This document shows, in pieces, positions 61,554-64,000 of a stretch of 64,000 nt of DNA. Origin of the DNA: Armatimonadota bacterium (lineage in GTDB: Bacteria > Armatimonadota > SYMT01); assembly GCA_046292385.1 (NCBI GenBank), contig JBKBRF010000009.1, positions 32,001 to 96,000 on the forward strand, written 5' to 3'. The notes under the pieces were generated by a model. The model was not told the origin of the DNA and made no database searches. It was given only the letters and a program-made list of their open reading frames with translations. The stretch's first letter is position 1, and the number at the start of each line of letters is the position of its first letter. Made by a program: the position numbers and the translations under genes.

Positions 61554-61661
61554 GCGAGAGCAAGCTCTCGCACTCCAAAAGCCAGCTCGAGCCGGTGCTC
61601 CCATTCTCCGGAAGGGATACCGCTCCGAGGAGGTCTCTGGAGTGCGGTGGCTTGCCACCGC
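61554..61661. repeat. Inverted pair of TGGAGT-tailed REP-like hairpins
   Basis: GCGAGAGC-AA-GCTCTCGC-ACTCCA (61554-61577) and TGGAGT-GCGGTGGC-TT-GCCACCGC (61638-61661). Confidence 0.75.
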
Positions 61662-61765
61662 TTCCCGCGCAGCGGGAATGTGGCCGCAGCGCTCGGGGCG
61701 AATGCTCTAATCACCGGTCGGAGGCCCTCCGACCGGCACCTGCTTCCGGGAGAGGCAGCAAACCC

Positions 61766-62197
61766 ATGGACCTGGACCGAGTTGAAGCGATCGCCCGCCT
61801 GCTGCAGCGGCAGGGACACGTCGGTGAGATCGAGGTCGAGTCGGGCGACTTCAAGCTCCGTGCGCGAAGGATGCCGGGCCTGCCGCTCACTGCGGCGGAG
61901 CCGGACGCCGGCTTCGAGGACCGGGCGCTTCCGGAGCCGCACCGCATCCGCTCCGGGTGGGTCGGCGTCTTCCGGGCGCGCGCTCCCCTACCGGAGATCG
62001 GCTCCTACGTGGAGGCGGGGACCGTGCTCGGGCAGATCGACTCGATGCGCGTGCTGAACCCGGTCGCCGCGGACCAGTCCGGTTATCTGCTGGCGAGCCG
62101 GGTAGAAGACGGGGACGGAGTGGAGTACGGCCAGGAGCTGTTCGTGCTCTCCGTCGGGGCGCCGGAGGGGAGCGAGCAGGCACCGGAGGCGGACTGA
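61766..62197 (+). CDS. Biotin carboxyl carrier protein (AccB) homologue lacking the biotinyl-lysine
   Basis: AccB-like N-terminus MDLDRVEAIARLL...EIEVESGDFKL. Biotinyl fold ending VEYGQELF. EAMK motif reads DSMR. Confidence 0.82.
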   Translation: MDLDRVEAIARLLQRQGHVGEIEVESGDFKLRARRMPGLPLTAAEPDAGFEDRALPEPHRIRSGWVGVFRARAPLPEIGSYVEAGTVLGQIDSMRVLNPVAADQSGYLLASRVEDGDGVEYGQELFVLSVGAPEGSEQAPEAD

Positions 62198-62574
62198 TGC
62201 AGCGAGCGCGCCGCGGCTTTTCCCTGGTCGAGATCCTGGTGGTGATCGTCGTGATCGCCGTCCTGGCGGCGGTGCTCTACCCGATGTACGTCAAGGGCGG
62301 CAAGACGCCCGACGGCAAGCAGACGCAGTCGCCGATCCAGGCCGCGCACTCCGTGGAGTGCATGAACAACCTGAGCCAGATCCGGCAGGCGCACCAGATG
62401 GCGACCGCGACCGGTGATCTCGAGAACCCGGTCACCGGGCTCGAGAGCCTGAAGAGCTACGGCATCAGCGATTCGATGACGGCGTGCCCGGTCAGCAAAG
62501 CGGCCTACCAGTACGATCCCGCCACCGGCCAGGTACGCTGCCCCACCCATTCCGGCGCGGAAGCGCCCCGGTAG
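62197..62574 (+). CDS. Prepilin-type N-terminal cleavage/methylation domain protein
   Basis: RRG|FSLVEILVVIVVIAVLAAVL and C.NNL.QI. TGATG overlap with the upstream gene. Confidence 0.9.
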   Translation: MQRARRGFSLVEILVVIVVIAVLAAVLYPMYVKGGKTPDGKQTQSPIQAAHSVECMNNLSQIRQAHQMATATGDLENPVTGLESLKSYGISDSMTACPVSKAAYQYDPATGQVRCPTHSGAEAPR

Positions 62575-62656
62575 GCCCGGCGGCACCCCGCGCGCCCGCC
62601 GCCTCGCTCGTCAGCTTCGCTCCCCAACCGGGGCGGCGCTGGGATACACTGACGGG

Positions 62657-63997
<1,341 letters not shown>

Positions 63998-64000
63998 CGG

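Overview
High-GC bacterial chromosomal window (Armatimonadota-like by gene content; inference) with no tRNA, rRNA, CRISPR, transposase or prophage that I could recognise. In order it holds: the end of a sulfate-uptake locus (cysA, YezD/DUF2292, OprO/P porin); a stand-alone rpoB-rpoC operon; a response regulator; a phosphohexomutase; thrS-rpmI-rplT/pheS-pheT (no infC); an alpha-2-macroglobulin; an aldo/keto reductase; mgtE; Mrp; a sensor kinase; a planctomycete-type DUF1549/DUF1553/DUF1501 cluster with a beta-propeller di-heme cytochrome and an inserted Uma2 gene; a frameshifted PD-(D/E)XK gene; a MutS-like/GT1/flippase group; an amidohydrolase pair; and efp-(accB-like)-pilin-accC. The most notable observations are five. 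(1) Several families of bipartite inverted elements are built from short tandem units; one is nested in another and one sits in-frame inside a gene. (2) A BCCP homologue at the accB position lacks the biotinyl-lysine and is coupled to a pilin-like gene. (3) RNA polymerase carries unusual inserts: a ~50-aa trigger-loop insert in RpoC and a Cys4 insert in RpoB. (4) The amidohydrolase pair looks like one active and one dead subunit. (5) There are REP-like hairpins with compensatory stem changes.
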